Positions 12,725 through 28,716 are shown, counted from the first letter of the stretch. The stretch: DNA of 56,212 nt from Azolla caroliniana (GCA_043228905.1 JBHGNT010000191.1:1-56212), one strand, 5' to 3'. The notes: a model not told the origin generated them from the sequence alone. Translations and numbers: made by a program.

Positions 12725-14273
12725 ACGACAATATCATATATTAAATTTCGGACGCATATCATGTGTTAACTGTTTGACAACTCAAAAACTCAAGACCTAA
12801 AGTAGATGTTACGATAATGTGCAATTAAACAAAATAATCAATATTATGTTTGAAGGATTTGATGACGAACATTAGTTTGATTTTTCTCTCCCAACATCAA
12901 TTTCTAAACTTAATCCCATTATTCGATTCATGGTAGAGGTTTCAAATGAAATTGGACAAAACATTATGTCGTTCGGGACAACAAGAAGCAGTATCTTTGG
13001 TTGTGGTTATTCGTCAACATTGGTACGACAAATTGGTACACCAACAATTATAGTTTGGATAACTGGATACAATTTCAAAAAATACGCATAGATTGCAGAA
13101 TAATGGACATTGGTACAATGAGCATTGCACCATGTTTCTTTATTTGTAACAAAGGGCTAGAGTGGTACATTAACTATTTCATTTACTAAATGAATTCCAT
13201 TGTTATCAAGTTGCCCCGGATCCTTGCTTTTTACCTGAGACGCCCGGGTACAAGTAGATCTATCATATATCATGAGTTAATGTGGCATCGATAAAAGCCC
13301 TTGACATTATTCAATGTTAAAAATGAAAGTGTGTTAGAATCATCCTCAGTTTTTTTGTGGATGCTTGCAAACTTAATCCCATTATTCAATTAATGGGAGA
13401 GGTTTCAAATGAAATTTGACAAAACATTAGGTTGTTCGGGACAAGAAGAAACAATATATTTAGTCGTGGTTATTTGTCAACATGGTTACGACAAATTAGT
13501 ACACCGACAATTATAGTTTGGATAACTTCATAGAGTTTCCCGAAATACGCATAGATTGTAGAATAATGGTGAACTCTCGATCAACATTGCGTCATAGTTC
13601 TTTATTTGAAGCAAAGCACTAGAATATTGTATTAACTAATTCATGTACTGAATCAATTCTATTGTAGTCTAGTTGGTTCGGATCCTTGTCTTTTACACGA
13701 GACTCCGGGGTACAACAATAGGCATTGGGAAAACTAGATACATCATAGATCACTATGTAATGTCGCATCGATAAAACCCCTTGAAATGATTAAATGTTAA
13801 AAACGAGAGCGTGTGAGAGTAATCCTCAGTTTCTTGTTGATGCTTGCGCAATATGTAAATATTATTTATTACTAATCTATGATTGCAATATATCTATACA
13901 CAAGATAGGAGCCATTGTAATCTAGTTGGTTAGGGACAACATTATGTTGTTCGGGACAACAAGACGCAGTATATTTGGTTTTGGTTAGTCGTCAACATTG
14001 GTACGACAAGTTAGTACACCAACAATTATAGTTTGGATATCACAATACAATTTCAAGCAATACGCATAGATCGCAGACTATTGGTCAACTGTCGATGAGC
14101 ATTGCACCATGTTTCTATATTTGAAGTGAACCACTGGAATATTACATTAACTAAATCATTTACTAAATGAATTCCATTGTAGTCTAGCCGGTTCGGATCC
14201 TTGTTTGCGCAATATATAAATATTATTTATTACGAATCAATGATCGTTACCATAAAAAGCGCACAACATGTGA

Positions 14274-14346
14274 TCCATTGTAGTCTAGTTGGTTAGGATA
14301 CTCGGCTCTCACCCGAGAGACCCGGGTTCAACTCCCGGCAATGGAA
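14274..14346 (+). tRNA. tRNA-Glu(CTC)
   Basis: Same sequence as 1298-1370. Confidence 0.97.
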
Positions 14347-15895
14347 ACGACAATATCATATATTAAATTTCGGACGCATATCATGTGTTAACTGTTTGAC
14401 AACTCAAAAACTCAAGACCTAAAGTAGATGTTACGATAATGTGCAATTAAACAAAATAATCAATATTATGTTTGAAGGATTTGATGACGAACATTAGTTT
14501 GATTTTTCTCTCCCAACATCAATTTCTAAACTTAATCCCATTATTCGATTCATGGTAGAGGTTTCAAATGAAATTGGACAAAACATTATGTCGTTCGGGA
14601 CAACAAGAAGCAGTATCTTTGGTTGTGGTTATTCGTCAACATTGGTACGACAAATTGGTACACCAACAATTATAGTTTGGATAACTGGATACAATTTCAA
14701 AAAATACGCATAGATTGCAGAATAATGGACATTGGTACAATGAGCATTGCACCATGTTTCTTTATTTGTAACAAAGGGCTAGAGTGGTACATTAACTATT
14801 TCATTTACTAAATGAATTCCATTGTTATCAAGTTGCCCCGGATCCTTGCTTTTTACCTGAGACGCCCGGGTACAAGTAGATCTATCATATATCATGAGTT
14901 AATGTGGCATCGATAAAAGCCCTTGACATTATTCAATGTTAAAAATGAAAGTGTGTTAGAATCATCCTCAGTTTTTTTGTGGATGCTTGCAAACTTAATC
15001 CCATTATTCAATTAATGGGAGAGGTTTCAAATGAAATTTGACAAAACATTAGGTTGTTCGGGACAAGAAGAAACAATATATTTAGTCGTGGTTATTTGTC
15101 AACATGGTTACGACAAATTAGTACACCGACAATTATAGTTTGGATAACTTCATAGAGTTTCCCGAAATACGCATAGATTGTAGAATAATGGTGAACTCTC
15201 GATCAACATTGCGTCATAGTTCTTTATTTGAAGCAAAGCACTAGAATATTGTATTAACTAATTCATGTACTGAATCAATTCTATTGTAGTCTAGTTGGTT
15301 CGGATCCTTGTCTTTTACACGAGACTCCGGGGTACAACAATAGGCATTGGGAAAACTAGATACATCATAGATCACTATGTAATGTCGCATCGATAAAACC
15401 CCTTGAAATGATTAAATGTTAAAAACGAGAGCGTGTGAGAGTAATCCTCAGTTTCTTGTTGATGCTTGCGCAATATGTAAATATTATTTATTACTAATCT
15501 ATGATTGCAATATATCTATACACAAGATAGGAGCCATTGTAATCTAGTTGGTTAGGGACAACATTATGTTGTTCGGGACAACAAGACGCAGTATATTTGG
15601 TTTTGGTTAGTCGTCAACATTGGTACGACAAGTTAGTACACCAACAATTATAGTTTGGATATCACAATACAATTTCAAGCAATACGCATAGATCGCAGAC
15701 TATTGGTCAACTGTCGATGAGCATTGCACCATGTTTCTATATTTGAAGTGAACCACTGGAATATTACATTAACTAAATCATTTACTAAATGAATTCCATT
15801 GTAGTCTAGTTGGTTCGGATCCTTGTTTGCGCAATATATAAATATTATTTATTACGAATCAATGACCGTTACGATAAAAAACGCACAACATGTGA

Positions 15896-15968
15896 TCCAT
15901 TGTAGTCTAGTTGGTTAGGATACTCGGCTCTCACCCGAGAGACCCGGGTTCAACTCCCGGCAATGGAA
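15896..15968 (+). tRNA. tRNA-Glu(CTC)
   Basis: Same sequence as 1298-1370. Confidence 0.97.
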
Positions 15969-17518
15969 ACGACAATATCATATATTAAATTTCGGACGCA
16001 TATCATGTGTTAACTGTTTGACAACTCAAAAACTCAAGACCTAAAGTAGATGTTACGATAATGTGCAATTAAACAAAATAATCAATATTATGTTTGAAGG
16101 ATTTGATGACGAACATTAGTTTGATTTTTCTCTCCCAACATCAATTTCTAAACTTAATCCCATTATTCGATTCATGGTAGAGGTTTCAAATGAAATTGGA
16201 CAAAACATTATGTCGTTCGGGACAACAAGAAGCAGTATCTTTGGTTGTGGTTATTCGTCAACATTGGTACGACAAATTGGTACACCAACAATTATAGTTT
16301 GGATAACTGGATACAATTTCAAAAAATACGCATAGATTGCAGAATAATGGACATTGGTACGATGAGCATTGCACCATGTTTCTTTATTTGTAACAAAGGG
16401 CTAGAGTGGTACATTAACTATTTCATTTACTAAATGAATTCCATTGTAATCAAGTTGCCCCGGATCCTTGCTTTTTACCTGAGACGCCCGGGTACAAGTA
16501 GATCTATCATATATCATGAGTTAATGTGGCATCGATAAAAGCCCTTGACATTATTCAATGTTAAAAATGAAAGTGTGTTAGAATCATCCTCAGTTTTTTT
16601 GTGGATGCTTGCAAACTTAATCCCATTATTCAATTAATGGGAGAGGTTTCAAATGAAATTTGACAGAACATTAGGTTGTTCGGGACAAGAAGAAACAATA
16701 TATTTAGTCGTGGTTATTTTGTCAACATGGTTACGACAAATTAGTACACCGACAATTATAGTTTGGATAACTTCATAGAGTTTCCCGAAATACGCATAGA
16801 TTGTAGAATAATGGTGAACTCTCGATCAACATTGCGTCATAGTTCTTTATTTGAAGCAAAGCACTAGAATATTGTATTAACTAATTCATGTACTGAATCA
16901 ATTCTATTGTAGTCTAGTTGGTTCGGATCCTTGTCTTTTACACGAGACTCCGGGGTACAACAATAGGCATTGGGAAAACTAGATACATCATAGATCACTA
17001 TGTAATGTCGCATCGATAAAACCCCTTGAAATGATTAAATGTTAAAAACGAGAGCGTGTGAGAGTAATCCTCAGTTTCTTGTTGATGCTTGCGCAATATG
17101 TAAATATTATTTATTACTAATCTATGATTGCAATATATCTATACACAAGATAGGAGCCATTGTAATCTAGTTGGTTAGGGACAACATTATGTTGTTCGGG
17201 ACAACAAGACGCAGTATATTTGGTTTTGGTTAGTCGTCAACATTGGTACGACAAGTTAGTACACCAACAATTATAGTTTGGATATCACAATACAATTTCA
17301 AGCAATACGCATAGATCGCAGACTATTGGTCAACTGTCGATGAGCATTGCACCATGTTTCTATATTTGAAGTGAACCACTGGAATATTACATTAACTAAA
17401 TCATTTACTAAATGAATTCCATTGTAGTCTAGCCGGTTCGGATCCTTGTTTGCGCAATATATAAATATTATTTATTACGAATCAATGATCGTTACGATAA
17501 AAAGCGCACAACATGTGA

Positions 17519-17591
17519 TCCATTGTAGTCTAGTTGGTTAGGATACTCGGCTCTCACCCGAGAGACCCGGGTTCAACTCCCGGCAATGGAA
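17519..17591 (+). tRNA. tRNA-Glu(CTC)
   Basis: Same sequence as 1298-1370. Confidence 0.97.
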
Positions 17592-19141
17592 ACGACAATA
17601 TCATATATTAAATTTCGGACGCATATCATGTGTTAACTGTTTGACAACTCAAAAACTCAAGACCTAAAGTAGATGTTACGATAATGTGCAATTAAACAAA
17701 ATAATCAATATTATGTTTGAAGGATTTGATGACGAACATTAGTTTGATTTTTCTCTCCCAACATCAATTTCTAAACTTAATCCCATTATTCGATTCATGG
17801 TAGAGGTTTCAAATGAAATTGGACAAAACATTATGTCGTTCGGGACAACAAGAAGCAGTATCTTTGGTTGTGGTTATTCGTCAACATTGGTACGACAAAT
17901 TGGTACACCAACAATTATAGTTTGGATAACTGGATACAATTTCAAAAAATACGCATAGATTGCAGAATAATGGACATTGGTACGATGAGCATTGCACCAT
18001 GTTTCTTTATTTGTAACAAAGGGCTAGAGTGGTACATTAACTATTTCATTTACTAAATGAATTCCATTGTAATCAAGTTGCCCCGGATCCTTGCTTTTTA
18101 CCTGAGACGCCCGGGTACAAGTAGATCTATCATATATCATGAGTTAATGTGGCATCGATAAAAGCCCTTGACATTATTCAATGTTAAAAATGAAAGTGTG
18201 TTAGAATCATCCTCAGTTTTTTTGTGGATGCTTGCAAACTTAATCCCATTATTCAATTAATGGGAGAGGTTTCAAATGAAATTTGACAGAACATTAGGTT
18301 GTTCGGGACAAGAAGAAACAATATATTTAGTCGTGGTTATTTTGTCAACATGGTTACGACAAATTAGTACACCGACAATTATAGTTTGGATAACTTCATA
18401 GAGTTTCCCGAAATACGCATACATTGTAGAATAATGGTGAACTCTCGATCAACATTGCGTCATAGTTCTTTATTTGAAGCAAAGCACTAGAATATTGTAT
18501 TAACTAATTCATGTACTGAATCAATTCTATTGTAGTCTAGTTGGTTCGGATCCTTGTCTTTTACACGAGACTCCGGGGTACAACAATAGGCATTGGGAAA
18601 ACTAGATACATCATAGATCACTATGTAATGTCGCATCGATAAAACCCCTTGAAATGATTAAATGTTAAAAACGAGAGCGTGTGAGAGTAATCCTCAGTTT
18701 CTTGTTGATGCTTGCGCAATATGTAAATATTATTTATTACTAATCTATGATTGCAATATATCTATACACAAGATAGGAGCCATTGTAATCTAGTTGGTTA
18801 GGGACAACATTATGTTGTTCGGGACAACAAGACGCAGTATATTTGGTTTTGGTTAGTCGTCAACATTGGTACGACAAGTTAGTACACCAACAATTATAGT
18901 TTGGATATCACAATACAATTTCAAGCAATACGCATAGATCGCAGACTATTGGTCAACTGTCGATGAGCATTGCACCATGTTTCTATATTTGAAGTGAACC
19001 ACTGGAATATTACATTAACTAAATCATTTACTAAATGAATTCCATTGTAGTCTAGCCGGTTCGGATCCTTGTTTGCGCAATATATAAATATTATTTATTA
19101 CGAATCAATGATCGTTACCATAAAAAGCGCACAACATGTGA

Positions 19142-19214
19142 TCCATTGTAGTCTAATTGGTTAGGATACTCGGCTCTCACCCGAGAGACCCGGGTTCAAC
19201 TCCCGGCAATGGAA
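19142..19214 (+). tRNA. tRNA-Glu(CTC), G15A variant
   Basis: Same gene with GTCTAATTGG instead of GTCTAGTTGG in the D loop/A box. Confidence 0.9.
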
Positions 19215-20763
19215 ACGACAATATCATATATTAAATTTCGGACGCATATCATGTGTTAACTGTTTGACAACTCAAAAACTCAAGACCTAAAGTAGATGTT
19301 ACGATAATGTGCAATTAAACAAAATAATCAAAATTATGTTTGAAGGATTTGATGACGAACATTAGTTTGATTTTTCTCTCCCAACATCAATTTCTAAACT
19401 TAATCCCATTATTCGATTCATGGTAGAGGTTTCAAATGAAATTGGACAAAACATTATGTCGTTCGGGACAACAAGAAGCAGTATCTTTGGTTGTGGTTAT
19501 TCGTCAACATTGGTACGACAAATTGGTACACCAACAATTATAGTTTGGATAACTGGATACAATTTCAAAAAATACGCATAGATTGCAGAATAATGGACAT
19601 TGGTACGATGAGCATTGCACCATGTTTCTTTATTTGTAACAAAGGGCTAGAGTGGTACATTAACTATTTCATTTACTAAATGAATTCCATTGTAATCAAG
19701 TTGCCCCGGATCCTTGCTTTTTACCTGAGACGCCCGGGTACAAGTAGATCTATCATATATCATGAGTTAATGTGGCATCGATAAAAGCCCTTGACATTAT
19801 TCAATGTTAAAAATGAAAGTGTGTTAGAATCATCCTCAGTTTTTTTGTGGATGCTTGCAAACTTAATCCCATTATTCAATTAATAGGAGAGGTTTCAAAT
19901 GAAATTTGACAAAACATTAGGTTGTTCGGGACAAGAAGAAACAATATATTTAGTCGTGGTTATTTGTCAACATGGTTACGACAAATTAGTACACCGACAA
20001 TTATAGTTTGGATAACTTCATAGAGTTTCCCGAAATACGCATACATTGTAGAATAATGGTGAACTCTCGATCAACATTGCGTCATAGTTCTTTATTTGAA
20101 GCAAAGCACTAGAATATTGTATTAACTAATTCATGTACTGAATCAATTCTATTGTAGTCTAGTTGGTTCGGATCCTTGTCTTTTACACGAGACTCCGGGG
20201 TACAACAATAGGCATTGGGAAAACTAGATACATCATAGATCACTATGTAATGTCGCATCGATAAAACCCCTTGAAATGATTAAATGTTAAAAACGAGAGC
20301 GTGTGAGAGTAATCCTCAGTTTCTTGTTGATGCTTGCGCAATATGTAAATATTATTTATTACTAATCTATGATTGCAATATATCTATACACAAGATAGGA
20401 GCCATTGTAATCTAGTTGGTTAGGGACAACATTATGTTGTTCGGGACAACAAGACGCAGTATATTTGGTTTTGGTTAGTCGTCAACATTGGTACGACAAG
20501 TTAGTACACCAACAATTATAGTTTGGATATCACAATACAATTTCAAGCAATACGCATAGATCGCAGACTATTGGTCAACTGTCGATGAGCATTGCACCAT
20601 GTTTCTATATTTGAAGTGAACCACTGGATTATTACATTAACTAAATCATTTACTAAATGAATTCCATTGTAGTCTAGCCGGTTCGGATCCTTGTTTGCGC
20701 AATATATAAATATTATTTATTACGAATCAATGATCGTTACGATAAAAAGCGCACAACATGTGA

Positions 20764-20836
20764 TCCATTGTAGTCTAGTTGGTTAGGATACTCGGCTCTC
20801 ACCCGAGAGACCCGGGTTCAACTCCCGGCAATGGAA
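20764..20836 (+). tRNA. tRNA-Glu(CTC)
   Basis: Same sequence as 1298-1370. Confidence 0.97.
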
Positions 20837-21966
20837 ACGACAATATCATATATTAAATTTCGGACGCATATCATGTGTTAACTGTTTGACAACTCAAAAA
20901 CTCAAGACCTAAAGTAGATGTTACGATAATGTGCAATTAAACAAAATAATCAATATTATGTTTGAAGGATTTGATGACGAACATTAGTTTGATTTTTCTC
21001 TCCCAACATCAATTTCTAAACTTAATCCCATTATTCGATTCATGGTAGAGGTTTCAAATGAAATTGGACAAAACATTATGTCGTTCGGGACAACAAGAAG
21101 CAGTATCTTTGGTTGTGGTTATTCGTCAACATTGGTACGACAAATTGGTACACCAACAATTATAGTTTGGATAACTGGATACAATTTCAAAAAATACGCA
21201 TAGATTGCAGAATAATGGACATTGGTACGATGAGCATTGCACCATGTTTCTTTATTTGTAACAAAGGGCTAGAGTGGTACATTAACTATTTCATTTACTA
21301 AATGAATTCCATTGTAATCAAGTTGCCCCGGATCCTTGCTTTTTACCTGAGACGCCCGGGTACAAGTAGATCTATCATATATCATGAGTTAATGTGGCAT
21401 CGATAAAAGCCCTTGACATTATTCAATGTTAAAAATGAAAGTGTGTTAGAATCATCCTCAGTTTTTTTGTGGATGCTTGCAAACTTAATCCCATTATTCA
21501 ATTAATAGGAGAGGTTTCAAATGAAATTTGACAAAACATTAGGTTGTTCGGGACAAGAAGAAACAATATATTTAGTCGTGGTTATTTGTCAACATGGTTA
21601 CGACAAATTAGTACACCGACAATTATAGTTTGGATAACTTCATAGAGTTTCCCGAAATACGCATACATTGTAGAATAATGGTGAACTCTCGATCAACATT
21701 GCGTCATAGTTCTTTATTTGAAGCAAAGCACTAGAATATTGTATTAACTAATTCATGTACTGAATCAATTCTATTGTAGTCTAGTTGGTTCGGATCCTTG
21801 TCTTTTACACGAGACTCCGGGGTACAACAATAGGCATTGGGAAAACTAGATACATCATAGATCACTATGTAATGTCATTAGGTAGATAGGCCCGGTGGAC
21901 GTGGAGGACGAGGTGGATTTGCACGCAATGGTGGCGGCCAATAAGAGCAGGAAAGAAGGCATATAG

Positions 21967-24780
21967 GTGGTGCCGACAACAGTTATGGACAGTCCACAAG
22001 CATGGGGGGGTCAAAGGGGCGCCAGAACCGGCAAGCAAAGGCCGAAACGGAATGCTAGTATGGTTGCTGGAATGGCCATAGAGAGAGTGAGTGCTGGAAG
22101 AAGTGCGCCGATTTGGACAAATCCGGATCCGGCAGAGCCGAACATGGAAATTGACAGCGTCCACAATATGCCGAAGTGTCGGAAGGAGCCAAAACTAAAA
22201 AGGGCCCAACCTTTTTCATGAAGCACAAGGCAAGTTTGATGAAGAAGAGCACCTTGAAACTGAATGAGGTGTGGTATGTCGACTCTAGAGCGTCAAATCA
22301 TATGACGAGCCACACAGTGGTTCTCCTACCTGGAGAAATAGAACAATCGGGAGTCGTCGAAATCAGAGACGACACCTTGCATCCGATCGAACATGTCTGA
22401 CAAAAGCGGAGACTTATGAACTTACTGCATGTTTTGACAATAACGAAAAACTTGTTGTCGGTCGGGCAGATCGTTGATCAAGGGATGTAAATCCGGTTCA
22501 CCCACCTAGGGTGCTTTATCGAAGAGGAAGGCCAAATCATCGCGCAAGGGTGCCGGGAAGGGAGGATGTTCATCCTCGACCCAAATGGCGCAGGCACTGC
22601 ACTGTTTGCCAAAAGACAAAGAGTCGAGTCGGACGTTGACTTATGGCATAAGCGGATCGGCCATGTCAACTATCAAAGGCTTCAAGAGCTGCAAACGATC
22701 AAGCAATTTTCGGATTGCTGAAATTTAGTGGTCAGAAGGCTTCCCCAACGAGTGAAATCGGAGCCGGAATAAGCTCGACTTAATACATTGGGAAATATGG
22801 GGACGGACAAATAATGTGAGCCTAGGCGGGAGTCAATACTTCGTCTCTTTCATCGACGACTATATAGCCGGCACACTTGGATCTACTTGATCGAAAAGAA
22901 GAGTGAAGACTTCGACTGTTTCTAGAACCTAAAAAGTCTGGTAGAAAAGGAAATAGAAAGAAAGATCAAGTGCCTGCGGTCAGACGATGCAAAAGAATAC
23001 TTTTCCGCCAGTTCAATTGTTATCTACAACAAATGGGAATTCGGCGAGAATTCAGCTGTAGACATAAACGCCGGAGCAGAATGACGTAGATAAACGAAAA
23101 AATCGGTCGATTGTCGAAGCAACACGGGCAATGCTTGAGGAGAAGACCATGCCCAAGTTTTACTGGGCCGAAGCGGTTTGAACAACGGTCTACATCTAGA
23201 ATCGGATCGATATGGGAGAATCCGACACCAACTGGAGCGAAGACCGACCTCAAGAGTTGAGGTCGGATGCAGCCAAGAGGGCCCTAAAATCGGCAAATGA
23301 GAAGCTCCGCCGATCGACTCGCCACAAGAAGTAGTTGATCTAGTATGGTTATAACGAGGACATGGTGCACCATTATGCGTACATGACGAAGGTGGCGGAA
23401 GTACGCGAGTCAGAGAGCTAAGCGGAGGCATCACAGGATGCTAAATGGCGTTTGCCCATGGAGGAAGAAATGCGGGCACTTGATTCCAACGAGACATGGG
23501 ACTTAGTTGACCCTCCTCGAAACTGCAAACCGATTGGATGTAAGTGGGTGTATAAGGTGAAATACAATGCCGACGGTTCAGTCAACCAGTACAAGGCCCA
23601 ACTGGTGGCCAAGGGATATGCACAGACCCACAGAATTGACTACGATGAGACCTTCGCACCGGCAGCGAAGATGACGATGTCATCGGTTCATGTGGTGCTG
23701 GCAATCGCAACGGCAAGGGGGTGGCATCTCCACTAGATGGACATGAACATGTTTCTTCAAGGTGATCTTAAAGAACAAGTCGGCAGTATGTAGACTTAAG
23801 AAGTCGCTTTACAGCCATAAGCAAGCCCCCTGTGCTTGGAACTCGAAGATCACGCATTGATTGCGTAAGATGGGGTTTGCAGCCTCCAAGTCTGACTCTT
23901 CATTGTTCATTTCAGAAAAGTCTGAAAGGTCCGGTATGCATTCTACTGTACGTCGACGACTTGGTCGTCACCGGACCCGACTTTGCTGAAATCGGCCAAG
24001 TAAAGTCCCAGCTGTCAGACGCATTCGAGATGAAGGACTTGGGGGACCTTCACTACTTTCTCGGGATCGAAGTGATCCACACCCCCGATGACATATTATT
24101 GTCTCAACGACATTATGTATTGAATATGCTGTAGAAGTTCGGTATGACGGATTGTCGATGCGTCTCTACTCCCTTCAACAAAAACCGGAAGCTACGTCCC
24201 GAGTTAGGAGCAGCCTACAATGATCAATGGTTCCGACAAATTGTTGGAAGCCTTATATATTTAACTATCACCCGACTTGACCTTCGCTATTTGGTCGGAG
24301 TGATGAGTCAGTTGATGCAGCGACCTACAACCGAGCAATATATTAGCGGCACAGAGGATCGGGGAATATTGTATCGACACAGTATAGCCGAATAGTTAGT
24401 CGGCTACATGGATGCCGACTGGGCCGGAAGCACCGAAGCTAAATATTGAGGAGCCACCGTCGCGACTTGTGAAGCTATATGGCTTCGGCGGTTGTTGCAG
24501 GACTTACGGATCAAAGTTCCCACTTCAATCCCGATCTACTGCGACAACATTAGCAACATACAGCTAGCCAAGAACCCCGTGTTCCATGCTCGCACAAAGC
24601 ACATAGAAGTTCATGATCACTTTGTGCGCGAGCGGGTCTTGAGCGGTGAATTTTAACTCCGATATGTTCGAACCGATCGGCAGGTTGCCGACATCTTCAC
24701 CAAAGCGCTCGGATCGGACAAGTTGCAACACTTCTTGGAGATGCTTGGGCTATAACATCTCAATGTGCCGCACAGGTAGA
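21967..24780 (+). pseudogene. Copia gag-pol remnant
   Basis: Fragments in ORFs 22176-22400, 23452-23736, 23832-24134 and 24144-24395, broken by stops and frameshifts. Confidence 0.9.
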
Positions 24781-25349
24781 GAAAAATGGAGAGAGCAACG
24801 AGAGAAAGTTGAAACTGAACAAGATGCCGAATCGATTGAAGAAGTCGACACATCCGATAGAGTTGGAACAAGCAGCAAAGGCGGTAGAGTCAAGAAGGAC
24901 AGAGCCGACCAAAGGAAAGAGGCTGGGACCAGAAAATGTTCGGATGTGGTCAAGGGCTTGCAGACGGATGACAAATTGGAGACAGTTGCGTCAGTCGAGT
25001 GGTTCGATTCGGAGGAGCCGAATCAAGTGAAAGCCAAGCGGACAGGAAGGCAGCCGAAGCCGACACCGAAACGAAGGATTCGACGGGTCGAGAAGCACCA
25101 ATACCGCGACAACGATGGAGCTGAGATGGGCTTGATGAGTAGACAAGCCGACTGTAGGGGTCGAGATGCGGGGGTTGGATGGGTCAAGATGCATGGAGCT
25201 GGATGGGTCAAGAAGCGTTGGACTGGAGGGGTTGTGGAACGCAAGACCGAACCGGATGAGGGGTGCGAGCAAGGCGAAAAGACGCTAGGAGAAGCCGAGG
25301 CAAGGAACTGGCAGATCAGATGGAATCTCAGTTTGAGCTTGAGGGGGAG

Positions 25350-25788
25350 TGTTGAGAAGCAAGCTCAACATGGGCCGATGGGCCGAATCGGCTGAACAAG
25401 CCGAGAGCTAGATTGGGCGAAGACTGAATCGGCTAGGCCTAGATCGGATCGGTGAGTCGGATCCATGAGAGCCAGTAAGCCATTAGAGGCCTACAATCCT
25501 AGCCTAGTAGATAGGCATATTTTTTGGGAGTTAGTGTCTGTCGCTCAGTTATGAGCATTGAAGTACATGTTAGTACTTCTGTCAGTCCTTTTGAGGACTT
25601 GTATAAAAGTGCTCTCGGAGCACATTTGTATGTATAGAGTGTTATTTGAATTTGAGTTTTATTGTTCTACTCTCTCTGTCTCTCCTGTGTACTCTCTCTC
25701 TCTCCGTTGTTCTCAGTGTTTACCGTTCTCTGTTACTGTCCGGCTGAGCCGGTTGTGTCTATTTAACTTCCGCACACTAATCTTTACA
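25350..25788 (+). repeat. 3' LTR of the Copia element (~439 bp)
   Basis: Begins TGTTG immediately after PPT GAGGGGGAG (25341-25349), contains TATAAAA, ends ...CTTTACA. The right end is inferred because there is no second LTR to compare. Confidence 0.7.
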
Positions 25789-25849
25789 TGTTTGCAATAA
25801 AAAATCACCAACATCATGGAGTGAGAGATTAAGTGATTTGTTTTGGCAG

Positions 25850-27094
<1,245 letters not shown>

Positions 27095-28716
27095 GCTGGA
27101 AAAGTGTTTCTTGTTCTTTTTTGAACATGACATCTGAGTCGAGATATACGTCCTCAGCAGTTTCGTTCTAATTAGAAAAAAAACATTTTCCAAATTAGTT
27201 TTCACCAAAATTCTAAGGGGTCACTTGTATTCTGAGTATTGAATTTTCATAGGAAGTAATACAAATTTGTGTAAGTTAACAATTTTGCTGGTGACAGAAA
27301 GCTGAGCAATTTTCATTGGGAGATATTAACCATAACATTTGGTAGTGGTGAAGCTCGCACATGAGTAACAATTGCCAAGTTTTGTAGTATTTCGAAGTCT
27401 GAAATTTCTTTTTGTAATACTCTTGCATTTCACCTTTATTTATTATTCATTATCCACCTGCAAAGTATACATCGACTGACTGGGTTTTGTTGGACTTTTG
27501 TGACTAAGTTCATACGCCAAAAACATATATAGATTAAGTGCCACTCAGTATAAATTTGTGTGCTCCTGGTTTGTGTGACTTCCCTGTGCTTAGAAGATTA
27601 ATACCTATATGTTCAGCCATTATATTCTGTGTGAGCATTTGCGTAGCAAGTTATGAATTGTGTTGAAAATTCAGGACTTTTTCAAGGGTGAATATCACAA
27701 TTTCTGTTGCCTAGTTTGAATTGTGAAAAAGCTGCTGCTTGTAGAAGCCAAGCTGTGGAGACACTCATAGAGGAATTCGGTATGTTTTATTATCCTTGCC
27801 ACTCTTTATCTTTTCACTATTTAGTGGACTTGCACAACTCTTATTGCTATGTTAGGATTCTTTTGTCTCAGTTCAGGCATGTGATAGCTTAGTTTGTAGC
27901 TGCTGTATAAGCTTCTTGTATATGTATGAATGCTAGTAGTCGTGAAAGCATTGGACACTTAATGGAAGGTGTGGAACAGCATAGTAGTTTGAATCTTAAT
28001 GCTGTGTAGTTTTCAAAACCCATAACTAAATAAGAACATGAATGAATGCCAAATTAGAAAGAAATGGGCGTTGTAACCATTATGCCTATTCTTGAGATAT
28101 TTTTCATTTCGTCCACAGGCTTAAATACGCATCAAATAGTGGGATAACCGTGCAATGGTTATGACGTTATTCATCCCCCTTGTCATCCTCAAAGCCATGA
28201 AGCATAATAATATTACATGTTCCAAATTGTTGGCTCCATTTCCTTTATATTCAATCTCTATGCAATTTAATTACATTCCACTACCAACTACATTTCAATT
28301 GTGCCATTTAAAAGTATGGCCCTCCTAAAAGCATGGATATTATATATATAGAAATGTTTAACCCAGTATTCACGTATATGCATGGATGGTAAATAGATGT
28401 ATAATCTCTATTGGGGGGGCATTTGGTGAGATCGATCGATCTGGGCCTTTTGCTCTGCATCTATCTATCTACCTATCTATCTGGTTAGTTAGCTCTAGAT
28501 CTTTTTCGACTTTCTTGGTTCATCATCACTTGTTGGTTGTGTAATTGTTTTCTTCCTCCACAATGTCACGGGCATTTGGTGATTTGCTTCATCTTCGGAT
28601 ATTTTCACTCCGGATTCTCTTGGCTTCTCTCCTTGTTGCTTTCTCCTAATTAATTAAATTATATCGCTCACTCTTCTAGGCAGGTACCCATTGACCTCCA
28701 AACCCTCTATCTTGGT

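Larger units (their letters stand above)
1..21876 (+). repeat. Left tRNA-Glu macrosatellite array, ~13.5 head-to-tail monomers of 1622 bp (two of 1623 bp)
   Basis: Near-identical sequence recurs every 1622 bp (ORF track repeats at 25, 1647, 3269 ... 21113). The array runs off the window start and breaks at ...TATGTAATGTC (21876). Confidence 0.99.
21877..25788 (+). mobile_element. 5'-truncated, degenerate Ty1/Copia LTR retrotransposon (gag end, PR, INT, RT, RNase H, 3' LTR)
   Basis: Protease WYVDSRASNHM (~22272), integrase remnants, RT motifs KPIGCKWVYKVK, GYAQ..IDYDETFAP and LYVDD, MKDLG, RNase H DADWAG and HARTKHIEV. INT-RT-RH order is Copia-type. Many stops and frameshifts; no 5' LTR or PBS. 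Confidence 0.95.
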
